A DNA stretch of 64,000 bases. It comes from Asterias rubens. Lineage: Eukaryota. Under the pieces are notes generated by a model. That model did no database searches. It had not been told where the DNA came from and worked only from the letters and a program-made list of their open reading frames with translations. The position numbers and the translations under genes are program-made. The stretch covers positions 124,001-188,000 of the forward strand of contig NC_047083.1 in assembly GCF_902459465.1 (NCBI RefSeq). Direction: 5' to 3'. Within the stretch, counting starts at the first letter, position 1. Each line of letters opens with the position of its first letter. This document shows, one piece after another, positions 1 through 12,800 of the stretch.

Positions 1-720
1 AAACCCATACCCTAGTACCCAAACCCTTACCCTTCCCTAGAACACTCTTACCCTACCCTAGTACCCAAATACATACCTTACTACCAAACCCATACCCTAG
101 TACCCAAACCCTTACCCTTCCCTAGAACACTCTTACCCTACCCTAGTACCCAAACCCTTACCCTTCCCTAGAACACTCTTACCCTACCCTAGTACCCAAA
201 TACATACCTTACTACCAAACCCATACCCTAGTACCCAAACCCTTACCCTTCCCTAGAACACTCTTACCCTACCCTAGTACCCAAACCCTTACCCTTCCCT
301 AGAACACTCTTACCCTACCCTAGTACCCAAATACATACCTTACTACCAAACCCATACCCTAGTACCCAAACCCTTACCCTTCCCTAGAACACTCTTACCC
401 TACCCTAGTACCCAAACCCTTACCCTTCCCTAGAACACTCTTACCCTACCCTAGTACCCAAATACATACCTTACTACCAAACCCATACCCTAGTACCCAA
501 ACCCTTACCCTTCCCTAGAACACTCTTACCCTACCCTAGTACCCAAACCCTTACCCTTCCCTAGAACACTCTTACCCTACCCTAGTACCCAAACCCTTAC
601 CCTTCCCTAGAACACTCTTACCCATACCCTAGTACCCAAACCCATACCCTAGTACCCAAATACATACCTTACTACCAAACTCATACCATAGTACCCAAAC
701 TGTGACCCTACCCTTGTCCC
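1..720. repeat. C-rich compound satellite with a 131-bp higher-order unit; runs off the left edge
   Basis: Three modules: A=AAACCCATACCCTAGTACCC (20 bp), B=AAACCCTTACCCTTCCCTAGAACACTCTTACCCTACCCTAGTACCC (46 bp), C=AAATACATACCTTACTACC (19 bp). They recur as A-B-B-C, with A starting at 86, 217, 348 and 479 (period 131), and decay after about 600. Confidence 0.95.
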
Positions 721-1044
721 CAAATTCTACCCAACATTGTTACCCATCCTGACTCTCCTAAATGACTCCTCCCCCATGAACCCTTCCTTCCACACCTCCT
801 TTTCTCTTGCCTCAGTTCTTCCTACAGTATGTTACACTTTGCTGCTGTATTCCATTGATATTCATTGTGCTCTTCACTCCCTCCGTGTCATTCCTTACTC
901 CTCCTTTAGACGTCAAGTAACCCTTCTCCGTTTCTTCAAGTTACACCCATCACTCCAAACTCATTACATCCTTTTCCTCTGTACCCAAAGTTATTTCCTT
1001 AACCACTTTAAGCGAGACCTTTTTTGTTGCAATTCATTACATGC

Positions 1045-1310
1045 CACCCCCAAATGAGCCCCTACCCCTCCCCCTTAGCCCCTAATGTCCCCCACCTTGC
1101 CATCCTGGATCAAAAACATCTCCTCCCCTTGCCCACTCATGCACCCCTAAATGAGCCCCCCCCCCCACCCAAACGAGCCCCTAATGTCCCCCCTACCATA
1201 CCACCCTGGATCAAGAACTGACCTCCCCTCGCCCACTCATGCACCCCAGACAAGTGGCCACCCAAACCCCCCACCTTACCACCCTGGATCAATAACTGAC
1301 CTCACGGTGT
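1045..1310. repeat. Degenerate C-rich tandem repeat, about 3 copies of 80-100 bp
   Basis: CCCTGGATCAA-type cores recur near 1103, 1204 and 1281. GCCCACTCATGCACCCC and AAATGAGCCCC each occur twice, about 99 bp apart. Confidence 0.7.
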
Positions 1311-1459
1311 GTTTGAAGCTGATCATGATTGCTGTGTTTCCTCTTTCTCTCTTGCTCTTTTATCCTTCTCACTTCTACCAACTCCCGATTCGTCGGAGTA
1401 GTTTACAAGATTGGCGTCCAAGTGAAATGTAAGTTTCTACTGACACTCTCTTTCCCACT

Positions 1460-1723
1460 GGGTCCAATTTCATAGCACTGCTTAGTGATAAACATTCTCC
1501 TGCTTACTATAGCAGAAAAATTTGCTAAGCATAAGCGTATTTCACAGGTTAGCTTTAAACTAAGGCGGCCATCTTGTGCGTTCACCATTGATTTGTGTTG
1601 TTACGCCAATACGCCTTAGCACTGTAATACCTTTCTTTACGCTACGCTTAGCAGCGCTTTAAAATAGAACCTTGCGCAGTAAGCACATAATTGGCTGTTA
1701 AGCGGCTCTATGAAATTGGACCC
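1460..1723. mobile_element. MITE with perfect 16-bp terminal inverted repeats (TIRs)
   Basis: GGGTCCAATTTCATAG (1460-1475) is the exact reverse complement of CTATGAAATTGGACCC (1708-1723). Related ends occur near 10880 and at 52770-52955. Confidence 0.85.
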
Positions 1724-1821
1724 TGGTCTTAATTATACAAAAGCTGGATATAGCATTGATCATCAAAAGATGAACCCCAAAGGTTTCCATCGTATTACTC
1801 CTCTCAAAGACATTGACTAAA

Positions 1822-1995
1822 GCAAAGTTCATACTTCATGTGAATGCAAAGTGAATTTTGACGTCGCAAGGCTGTGTTTGCTGCAAATGTCTCCGCAGAA
1901 GTTGAGCACACCTTTCGTCTTCTGTATTGTTTTGGGGGGAATTTGCGGCGTCACAATTTGTATCGCATTAGCAGGAAGTACCTCATGGGCTTTAA
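1822..1995. mobile_element. Degenerate MITE-like element
   Basis: Imperfect inverted ends: CATACTTCATGTGAATGC at left and GCATTAGCAGGAAGTA at right. Confidence 0.45.
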
Positions 1996-2215
1996 GCAAA
2001 CTAGTGAGTGTAAAAAACAGGAGTATAAACATGGCACCTTATTGGCTTCATAGATGCAGTATCCAGTTTGTATCATATAGATCAGTGTTTTTACCCCCTT
2101 GGTCATTTTGGTTTGTGGTGGGCTAATTCATTTATAACTGTTCTAGAAACCTCACAGTCACTGTAATTTCAGACTTAAGTGATAAGGATTTGTGTTATTC
2201 ATCCTTTTCTTTTAG

Positions 2216-3449
2216 CAAATGAAAGAGAAGATTTTATACCCAGTCATTTCATCGCTATACTGTGGTATGCCTCAACTGTATAGATTACATTTAGTACTGC
2301 AGCTGCAAATTGGTAGTTTGGACATCCAGTAAGAACCAAGATAAGCTGCAATGGCTGCAAAATTGCAGCCTATACATTCCGATTGATCTCTGTTGCATAC
2401 ATACGCTCATTGGCAATACAGGGATCTGTTATAGTATATCATGTGTGGCTAGATCAAGTTGTAGATAGAGTTTGGAAGCTAAGACAATTTTGAGTTCTTG
2501 AGATTGGTCAGAAATATTGTTACAAAAGGAACACAAGTGACAACAAGGTTTGTTGTTTGTTTGTATATGTAGACATTAAAAAAAGGAAGAACGAGTAAGG
2601 AATGACTGATATCAAAAACATGTTTTTTTTTTGGGGGGGGAGGAAGACCATCGGATACTTGACAGGAAGATTGGATTAGAATCACAATTACAGTCAAATG
2701 TGACAAGGAGGTTTTTAGTTTGTTTGTTTTTGTTTGTAGGTTAGAGGACACACACAATGTAGAAGCCTGGATCGGAGGATCTTGTCTGTTATTTCTGCAG
2801 TAAGAGGTTACAAAGAAGAAATACACAAAGAAAACCCCTTCCCTCAACGAATGCTTTGATTACAAGTGCAACAATTTGAAGATAAAATCCAATTTTCAAC
2901 TTTCTCATTATCTTCAGCTTGTCTGACTGGGATCAGTCCCAAGGACATCATGAGTCAACTGAACTTAGGTCCAAACTTGAAGAAGAAAGACAAGCAAGAA
3001 AAGAGGTCCTGGCAATGAGACGAGCTTTAGCACAAGAGGTCAAAGAACAAAGCAAGGTCATGGCAGGTCAGTTGGGTTAAAGGTCCAAGTAATATATTTT
3101 TACTGTTCTGTGTCTGTGGGATATTGTTGGTGTTTTATTGATTCTGTGCAAGTTCTCAATATACATGAACACATTGTTAAAGACCTACCAATATTTCTGT
3201 GTTGAGCCATCTGGCCTTTGACAGCCTGTGCTAGGTGTTAAGGTTCCAATACCCCTCCCTGCCAATCAAACCTTCTGGCATACTGGGGTGCCAGTAACTA
3301 GTAGACCCTTTCTGCACTTTTGTTATTCTTGGGGTTGCTCAGTTCTGTGGTTCCCTGATTTAAAGATCAAATATTGAATAATCTTGACAGCTCGTAGCAT
3401 GAAGATCAGTACTGGAACTCCTCCTCAACAAGTATCACTAGCAAGATGA
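2216..3449 (+). CDS. 3' part of an unidentified protein with a C-terminal coiled coil (5' end not resolved)
   Basis: Exons 2216-2264, 2918-3066 and 3391-3449 join in phase with AG/GT sites: ...NEREDFIPSHFIAILCLSDWDQSQGHHESTELRSKLEEERQARKEVLAMRRALAQEVKEQSKVMAARSMKISTGTPPQQVSLAR*. A possible upstream exon ends at the GTAAGT donor near 1429, but its acceptor is unclear. An alternative frame exists (see findings). Confidence 0.6.
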
Positions 3450-5259
3450 CAACCTCACCATGACAACATCACCATGGCAACATCAACATGACAACATCAC
3501 CATGACTTGAGACTATAAGCTGTGGTTAGCGTCGATTGTCTGCAACTGTCTAAGCTCGTATGACTGCGGTGATTCTTATACTGGCTGAAAGTTTCTGATT
3601 CATCGAAGCTGACTCGACAGTTCATGTCATGGTAAGCGAATTACCATGCGTTACCATGGAAATAGATTTAACAGATATTCAATATAATAACATGTAATAG
3701 AGATGAAGCTGGTAACCATAGAGTGGATACCAGCATTCTTAGGATGATCATACCTCTTATGCCTGCACCGTTTGAAAAAAATGAAGTAACTTTTTATATT
3801 AAGTTCCGTGTTGTGAGGTTTTTTTATCATCAATTACATTACTGATGAAATTTTAGTTTTATATCACAAGCTATATGAAGATTTAATGGTGTTCATAGAA
3901 TATTGATACCTTCTTTCTTTTTTTTCTTTTTTAGATGAATTTACACTTTTGATTTTTAACCTATTAATAACCTTTGCTAATCTGAAATTTAATTTCTATA
4001 AAATTGTATAGTTTGTTATCACACTAATAATGTTTGCATTATTTTAAGTTTAATGTAATTTTTAGTTGTGTGCATATAATCCTTTGTAAAGGAAGGTGTA
4101 TTTAGCAGAGTTTTATTTTTACATTTTTCAGATGTAAATTCTTAATGTTTCAGAAGTTACAAAAGGCCAGAAATTACAAATACAGAAATTGTTCACTTGT
4201 TGGGAAATACTCAAACAACAAAAACACATTGCTTCCAAAGACAAATCCTCGGCCCAAATCAAATGCAATCAAATGTTTTAGGAGTCGTTTTATTTTTGTG
4301 AATTTTAAATTGGTAACGAGGATGCAGTTTGAAAGTGGCCGGCCAGGTTTGATTATTTTGGAGTCAGGTCGGTTATTGACTCGACCTGAACTTTACAACA
4401 AATTATAACTTGCCTTTAAATTGTTTGATGCTTGCTGTGAATATTTAGTAATGAACAGAAATGCAAATTAGCTGAGATTTAGGTTAACCAACATTTATAA
4501 TTTAGTTTTTGTATTTTTCTCTGTTGGTAAAAAGGAGAAAATTATTCACTGCAAAGTTTGTATTCAGTTTATTGATATCAGTCTGATAGTCAGAAGTTTT
4601 AGAAAACATGAGGCAAATAATTGCCCCATCTCAAAAAGATCCTTGATTGATTTTTTTTTTTTACATAGGTTTCTTTTTGGATTGTTTCAGTTTGATTTTA
4701 AAGATGTTGTTTGAGCTGAGTTTCATTCATTTCAGAAATTTCACCAACTTGAGAATAAGCTTCAAATGAATGGGTTTTTATTGAGGTCTGTTAAGATGTA
4801 CCCATATTATTTTACTTGAAATAGTTAGTAAAAGCCTAGCTTTTATGAAGGCAAATAGGAAACTGCCATCTTTATTTTAAAACTTAAAAATAACAAAAAT
4901 TTAATTTGTTTTTGACCTTTCACATTTGACACTGGACAGATTTTGTAGCCACTGATTGTATATAAGATGTAAACACACTAGTTGCTTCCATGCTTCCATG
5001 CAAATGTATTTTGATAAATAGAGCAGATGGATTAAAATGCTGTGGTTATTTTAGAGAAAACGCCTTTAGCTCTTTTTACTTCCGCATAATTGTTTTGAAA
5101 AGTTAATTTGAATTTAATGAAGTACACTAAGTACACAAGGCATTACCATGTGCATTTTAGGTTTAGCCTTATGTACTTATCATTTTTTTTGGCTTTTTGC
5201 TTAAAATAATTTCAAGGCCTTTTGTGCTTAGCAATTTGTGAAAAGTATACAAGTGTAGT

Positions 5260-8200
5260 ACCTTGTGTACTTTCTTGAGCGAAAAGTTCTCAAGGCTATA
5301 GCCTTGTACACTTTTTCGAGCGAAAAGTTCACAAGGCTATAATAGCCTTGTACACTTTTACGAGCGAAAAGTTCACAAGGCTATAGCCTTGTACATTTTT
5401 TCGAGCGAAAAGTTCACAAGGCTATATAGCCTTGTACATTTTTTGAAGTGAAAAGTTCACACTTTTTCGAGCGAAAAGTTCACATTTTTCGACAGAAAAG
5501 TTCACAAGCCTTGTACACTTTTTTGAGCGAAAAGTTCACACTTTTTCGAGCAAAAAATTCACAAGGCTATAGCCTTGTACACTTTTACAAGCGAAAAGTT
5601 CACAAGGTTATAGCCTTGTACATTTTTTCGAGCGAAAAGTTCACAAGGCTATAGCCTTGTACACTTTTTCGAGCGAAAAGTTCACACTTTTTCGAGCGAA
5701 AAGTTCACACTTTTTCGAGCGAAAAGTTCACAAGGCTATAGCCTTGTACACTTTTACGAGCGAAAAGTTCACAAGGTTATAGCCTTGTACATTTTTTCGA
5801 TCGAAAAGTTCACAAGGCTATAGCCTTGTACACTTTTACGAGCGAAAAGTTCACAAGGTTATAGCCTTGTACATTTTTTCGAGCGAAAAGTTCACACTTT
5901 TTCGAGCGAAAAGTTCACAAGGCTATAGCCTTGTCAATTTTCAAGCGAAAAGTTCACAAGGTTATAGCCTTGTACATTTTTTCGAGCGAATAGTTCACAA
6001 GGCTATAGCCTTGTACATTTTTTCGAGCGAAAAGTTCACACTTTTTCGAGCGAAAAGTTCACATTTTTCGAGCGAAAAGTTCACAAGGCTATAGCCTTGT
6101 ACACTTTTTCGAGCGAAAAGTTCACAAGGCCTATAGCCTTGTACATTTTTTTGAGCGAAAAGTTCACAAGGCTATAGCCTTGTACATTTTTTTAAGCAAA
6201 AAGTTCACACTTTTTCGAGCGAAAAGTTAACATTTTTCGAGCGAAAAGTTCACAAGGCTATATATAGCCTTGTACATTTTTTCGAGCGAAAAGTTCACAA
6301 GGCTATAGCCTTGTACATTTTTTCGAGCGAAAAGTTCACAAGGCTATATATAGCCTTGTACATTTTTTCGAGCGAAAAGTTCACACTTTTACGAGCGAAA
6401 AGTTCACAAGGCCTTGTACACTTTTTCGAGGTAAAAGTTCACAAGGCTATAGCCTTGTACACTTTTTCGAGCGAAAAGTTCACACTTTTTCGAGCGAAAT
6501 GTTCACAAGGCTATAGCCTTGTACACTTTTTCGAGCGAAAAGTTCACACTTTTTCGAGCGAAAAGTTCACATTTTTCGAGCGAAAAGTTCACAAGGCTAT
6601 AGCCTTGTACATTTTTTCGATCGAAAAGTTCACAAGGCTATAGCTTGTACACTTTTTCGAGGTAAAAGTTCACAAGGCTATAGCCTTGTACACTTTTTCG
6701 AGCGAAAAGTTCACAAGGCTATAGCCTTGTACACTTTTTCGAGCGAAAAGGTCACTTTTTCGAGCGAAAAGTTCACAAGGCTATAGCCTTGTACATTTTT
6801 TCGATCGAAAAGTTCACGAGGCTATAGCCTTGTACACTTTTTCGAGCGAAAAGTTCACAAGGCTATAGCCTTGTACACTTTTACGAGCGAAAAGTTCATA
6901 AGGCTATAGCCTTGTACATTTTTTCGAGCGAAAAGTTCACAAGGCTATAGCCTTGTACATTTTTTTAAGCGAAAAGTTCACACTTTTTTCGAGCGAAAAG
7001 TTCACATTTTTCGAGCGAAAAGTTCACAAGCCTTGTACATTTTTTCGAGCGAAAAGTTCACAAGGCTATAGCCTTGTACATTTTTTCGAGGGAAAAGTTC
7101 ACACTTTTACGAGCGAAAAGTTCACAAGGCTATAGCCTTGTACACTTTTTCGAGGTAAAAGTTCACAAGGCTATAGCCTTGTACACTTTTTCGAGCGAAA
7201 AGTTCACACTTTTTCGAGCGAAAAGTTCACAAGGCTATAGCCTTGTACACTTTTTCGAGCGAAAAGTTCACATTTTTCGAGCGAAAAGTTCACAAGGCTA
7301 TAGCCTTGTACATTTTTTCGAGCGAAAAGTTCACAAGGCTATAGCCTTGTACATTTTTTCGAGCGAAAAGTTCACAAGGCTATATATAGCCTTGTACATT
7401 TTTTCGAGCGAAAAGTTCACAAGGCTATAGCCTTGTACACTTTTTCGAGGTAAAAGTTCACAAGGCTATAGCCTTGTACACTTTTTCGAGCAAAAAGATC
7501 ACAAGGCTATAGCCTTGTACACTTTTTCGAGCGAAAAGTTCACACTTTTTCGAGCGAAAAGTTCACAAGGCTATAGCCTTGTACACTTTTTCGAGCGAAA
7601 AGTTCACATTTTTCGAGCGAAAAGTTCACAAGGCTATAGCCTTGTACATTTTTTCGAGCGAAAAGTTCACACTTTTACGAGCGAAAAGTTCACAAGGCTA
7701 TAGCCTTGTACATTTTTTCGAGCGAAAAGTTCACAAGGCTATAGCCTTGTACATTTTTTCGAGCGAAAAGTTCACAAGGCTATATATAGCCTTGTACATT
7801 TTTTCGAGCGAAAAGTTCACAAGGCTTATAGCCTTGTACACTTTTTCGAGGTAAAAGTTCACAAGGCTATAGCCTTGTACACTTTTTCGAGCGAAAAGAT
7901 CACAAGGCTATAGCCTTGTACACTTTTTCGAGCGAAAAGTTCACACTTTTTCGAGCGAAAAGTTCACAAGGCTATAAGCCTTGTACACTTTTTCGAGCGA
8001 AAAGTTCACATTTTTCGAGCGAAAAGTTCACAAGGCTATAGCCTTGTACATTTTTTCGAGCGAAAAGTTCACACTTTTACGAGCGAAAAGTTCACAAGGC
8101 TATAGCCTTGTACACTTTTTCGAGCGAAAAGTTCACACTTTTTCGAGCGAAAAGTTCACATTTTTCGAGCAAAAAGTTCACAAGGCTATAGCCTTGTACA

Positions 8201-8590
8201 TTTTTTCAAGCGAAAAGTTCACAAGGCTATAGCCTTGTACACTTTTTCGAGCGAAAAGTTCACACTTTTTTGAGCGAAAAGTTCACAAGGCTATATACTT
8301 TTACGAGTGAAAAGTTCATACTTTTTCGAGCGAAAAGTTTACATTTTTCAAGCGAAAAGTTCACAAGGCTATAGCCTTGTACATTTTTTCGAGCGAAAAG
8401 TTCACACTTTTACGAGCGAAAAGTTCACAAGGCTATAGCCTTGTACACTTTTTCGAGCAAAAAGTTCACATGTTTTCAAGCAAAAAGTTCACAAGGCTAT
8501 ATAAGCCTTGTACACTTTTTCGAGCGAAAATTTCAGAAGGCTTGATAGCCTTGTACACTTTTTCGAGCGAAAAGTTCACAAGGCTATAGG
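5260..8590. repeat. 3.3-kb minisatellite of 41-bp units built from two palindromes
   Basis: Consensus is ACAAGGCTATAGCCTTGT (perfect 18-bp palindrome) + AC + ACTTTTTCGAGCGAAAAGTTC (21-bp near-palindrome). The 21-bp module is often repeated on its own. The left edge is degenerate (about 5130-5290) and the right edge is abrupt. Confidence 0.97.
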
Positions 8591-9337
8591 ATTTACCCTA
8601 AAACATAGTCCTCAGCAAATGCTTCTTTACAAAATTGATCTCAGTTTTATATAAAATATCAGAAAAATTCACTGCAACATATATACAGAAAATAAACATG
8701 CAAACGTTTTATACATACAAAAATATAAAATAGGAATATTTACAAAAGATATGGCCAAAACAAAAAAACGCATTAACTTCCAAGCTTACAACTAAATTAA
8801 TTAAGATTATTAACAAAAAGTAAAATCACAGACGGCATCTTAAGATACTCCTAAGGTCCATCATCATCTTATAACTCACCTCGCTTAGGGCCATGTAACA
8901 CAAAGCAATTTACTGGCAACCAGTTAATACAGGCAATCTCCAAGAACACAAGGCCTTCAAATTTGTATGTTCAAACTGTTCTTCTTTGGATTGTATGACA
9001 TTGTTTGAAGAATGACTCATTAGCTACCAAAGTAGTCCTGTAGCATGCGTTGATGGGCATGATACTTTCATCACATTCATTGCTTACATGCCTTGGTGTT
9101 CTTGAAAGTCTCCAACAGAAGTTTACAGTTGACTCATAGGGTGCCCTTTACCAAGGAGAAAATGCCTTGTTCTCCTTGTCCTTTCCACAACGAAGCATAC
9201 AGGCCCGCACTGAAGTTGGTTGCCTCAAAGTTACCTGTAAAAGTTGCTCGTGTGACAAGGTCCTTACAGTCAATGTTCAGCAGGTGTCTTTAAGGTGGTT
9301 TTGGGCGGGGCAATGGATGCGATGAGAAAACGTGCTT

Positions 9338-9885
9338 CATATTGTAAGGAATCCTCTTGGTCTTAAAGGAGGAAGACTTGCTCTATTTCCCTTCATTATC
9401 TGTGTGCTTGGACTGTTAGTCAGCTTTACGTTGTTTCATTGACGCCGAGATCGCTGGGTTCCTTTAAAGAGAATGGTGTCATATCGTAAGGAATCCTCTT
9501 GGTCTCAAAAGAGGAAGACTTGCTCTATTTCCCTTCATCATCTGTGTGCTTGGACTGTTATTCAGCTTACGTTGTTTCATTGACGCTGAGATCGCTGAGT
9601 TCCTTCAAAGAGAATGGTGTCATATCGTAAGGAATCCTCTTGGTCTTAAAGGAGGAAGACTTGCTCTATTTCCCTTCATCATCTGTGTGCTTGGACTGTT
9701 ATTCAGCTTTATGTTGTTTCATTGAAGCTGTGATCGCTGAGTTCCTTTAAAGAGAATGGTGTCATATCGTAAGGAATCCTCTAGGTCTTAAAGGAGGTAG
9801 ACTTGCTCCATTTCCCTTCATCATCTGTGTGCTTGGACTGTTATTCAGCTTACGTTGTTTCATTGACGCCGATATCGCTGGGTTT
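9338..9885. repeat. Tandem repeat of 141-142 bp, about 4 copies, overlapping the stop codon and 3' UTR of the CH-ankyrin gene
   Basis: The copies start with CATAT(C/T)GTAAGGAATCCTCT at 9338, 9480, 9621 and 9763 (periods 142, 141, 142). Confidence 0.95.
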
Positions 9886-12800
9886 CTCTGCGGTGAACTC
9901 AGAGAAAGTGCAGACACTTGAGCATATAGACCTTTCCCGTGGTAACCTTTGACCTTTTGTGTGATGGCACGGACGAGGTCACGAGCGTGCTTCAAACTGT
10001 AAGCTGTAGAAATCAAAGAAACATAAAAACAACGTTAGAGAACGAACAAGCTGTTGAGAAAACGGTTTCAATTGATTTGATTTGCAACTAACTTCAAAGC
10101 TCTACATCCAGCTAAATATGATTAGAAGCGTTGCATGATGTAGGAATTTACACCTTGCATGACCTTTAACACACTTTTTACACCAGGCAGAGTGCCAAAG
10201 GACCAAATATTATGCCTGTCCTGTCATGGGAGTAAAACAGACACAAAGGATTTTAGTCCTTTTTACTGTGATTAAAGGCCCGGTCACACAGGCCCCAATA
10301 ACGAGAACGAGAACGATAAAAATTTAGGCCCTCGATTGGTTGAATAAGCGCGAGTGTATTCTGCATGAAGCAATTCAAGCAATTGAGGGCATGCATTTTT
10401 ATCGTTCTTGTTTTCGTTCTCGTTATCGGCCTGTGGGACCGGGCCTTTAAACCATTTGATGGTCCTCACCTTTTAGTCTTGCTTTAATCTCATCAGTGAA
10501 GAAGCCACACTCCAACCATTCATCAAAATCAATGATGCAATCAAACGATGTCAGCCCTTGAAGATTCTTATGTCTTACATTAGCTCCTGAATTAATCAAA
10601 ATTAGAACATTCATCAAAATCAATGATGAAATCAATCGATATCAGCCCTTGAAGGTTCTTATAAAGAGTACATTCTGAAGTCCTGAATCTCATTTCTGCT
10701 TTGTGTTTTTTTGTTTTTGCTGTCCTTATATAACAACATTCCTGATATAAAGAGGGCAGTTTGGCCAGTCCCAGGGACCTTGTTGTAACGAGAGGTGACT
10801 ATCTAGTAAACTTGCAGGTACATGTACAACCACGTGTTAACCTTGCTAAGCAAGTTTTTGTGCTAACTTGGTTGTGAAATTGGGCCCAGGATCTAAGTTT
10901 CAAACTCTTTAAATGAACTGACCTGCTTGTAGTAAGACGCTTGCTCCATAGTAATTATTTGCTTGAGTTGCAAAGAACAGCGGAGAGCAGATATCTTCAT
11001 TAACAGCGTCTACATCAGCTCCATATTCAATCAAACACTCTAGGATATCTGTAGGTCCAGTCATACCAGCAGCGTAGTGTAGTGGTCTAAGGAGAATAAT
11101 TATCAACAAAATAGTCAATGGCCTGACGTTTCGACCCTAGCAGAGTCTTTCTAAAGGGCTAAAATGACAACACAACAAACATGAACAGGTACAGTAAGTA
11201 TAGCGTAAGCAGTGAGGTGGAAAGAGAGTCCAAAAGACACACACAAAAAAGCAAGCGGTATGATAAGAAGAACGTTAAGGGGGGGGGGAACAGAAAACCA
11301 GAAAGCACAAGTTAGAACAATTAAAATAAAAAAACATCATTTTAAACAAATTTAGAAATCTGATTTGAAGTAGAGTGTACATGTACATACGTGTTTCCCC
11401 CAGAGTATCTCTGATCCAAGTCTGCTCCATGTTGGAAGAGAAATCTCATCATCTCAAGTCTCTTCTTACTAAAAACAAGAAAACAAAGAACAGTCTTTAC
11501 TTTTATGCATACGTTTGGTATTGATTCTGAAAATTAACGGCAATAAAAACTTACTAGGTAAGAAGTACAGCAGCTTTAGATAGTATAATGGATAAATAGA
11601 GAAACTTCTCACTTCAAAGTACTGCGGTATGCAAAAAGATATTTTAATCTGAGAAGAGTTACTGACAGTAGCGTTTCTCAGATTGTGTATTCCAAAATGC
11701 AGATTATTCTTCATAATCGCTCCGGATCTGAAGCCAGAGCTACTGTTTTGAAACTATAACCCAACTCAAAACTTTTCATCTACAAGTCCTCCGTCATCCT
11801 ACAGTACACTATTAACCCCTTCAAACCAGTAATCAACTATTATCAAACTGTGAGCAAATTATCTAACTAACTATCAAGCGGGATTAGTTACCTTTTAACC
11901 TGTTCAGTTAATATCCGATGAACTAGTATATCTTGTTCATGTTCCTTGAAGTTGAATCCTTGTTCCAGCAACCAAACAGCACAATCCAAGAAGTCATTGG
12001 CCAGAGCTAAATGAAGTAAACTTGGTGGGGATTTCGGATCTTCATTCTGTAAAGATTGTCTTATATTTCCATCAGGGTCGGAGTCTAGAAGTAGTTGGAT
12101 TGCATCGATGCGTCCTTGCATGGCACAGCAGTGGATTGCTAGTAACTCTTTATTGTTACGATGAATCAGGTTAATACTCTCAGCAAGCTGCAAAGTAAAC
12201 ACAAAAAATAAGAATACAAATATTTATAAAGCAAAAAAAAACATATCCACCAAAGGGTGCTCAGGGCACTTGTAAGAAAATAACTTTTAAAAATAGCATG
12301 TCACAAGATGTGATTTTAGTTTGGTCTTGAAATTTTCGACAGTATCATGTCTCCACTGAGTTAGGGAGTTTGTTCCACAAGCGAGGAGCGGCAGAAGCAA
12401 TTACTCAATCACCCCATGATCTTTTTCGATTTGGGGGACAACTAGAGATAGATTACTAGAAGACCAGAGTGACATGGCTTGTGGATGTTGATTAACAGAA
12501 GCGATGTACTGGGAGAACTTTTATGACATCAATCTTCAAACAGACTAAACACACAATGTGAAAAACCACTGATCTTACCAGTTCCTTGAGGCAATCAATA
12601 GAGGTAGCTTTACCCGCCTCTCCGTAACACTTCACATGAAGTGGAGTATTCCCTTCTGAATCTATAGCATTCAACTCGGCTCCATTCTCAAGTAACAGCT
12701 AAGACAATAAAAAATTGACAAAGTTACAATTATACAATTCTTCTTACTGTTAAGATGTTTTAAGATCCTCACCGCTACTAACCAATCCCTGGCCTAGCAC

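Noticed and set aside
1-720. True telomere
   Set aside because: There are no runs of exact CCCTAA/TTAGGG; the units are long composite motifs.
737-1432. Proline-rich ORFs
   Set aside because: They arise from C-rich degenerate repeats and have no splice or homology support. Only the last few codons before the 1429 donor may be exonic.
5448-8589. Many ORFs of the MYIFSSEKFTLFRAKSSQG type, and a superficial CRISPR-like periodicity
   Set aside because: They are translations of a stop-poor satellite. There are no unique spacers between repeats, no cas genes, and the context is eukaryotic.
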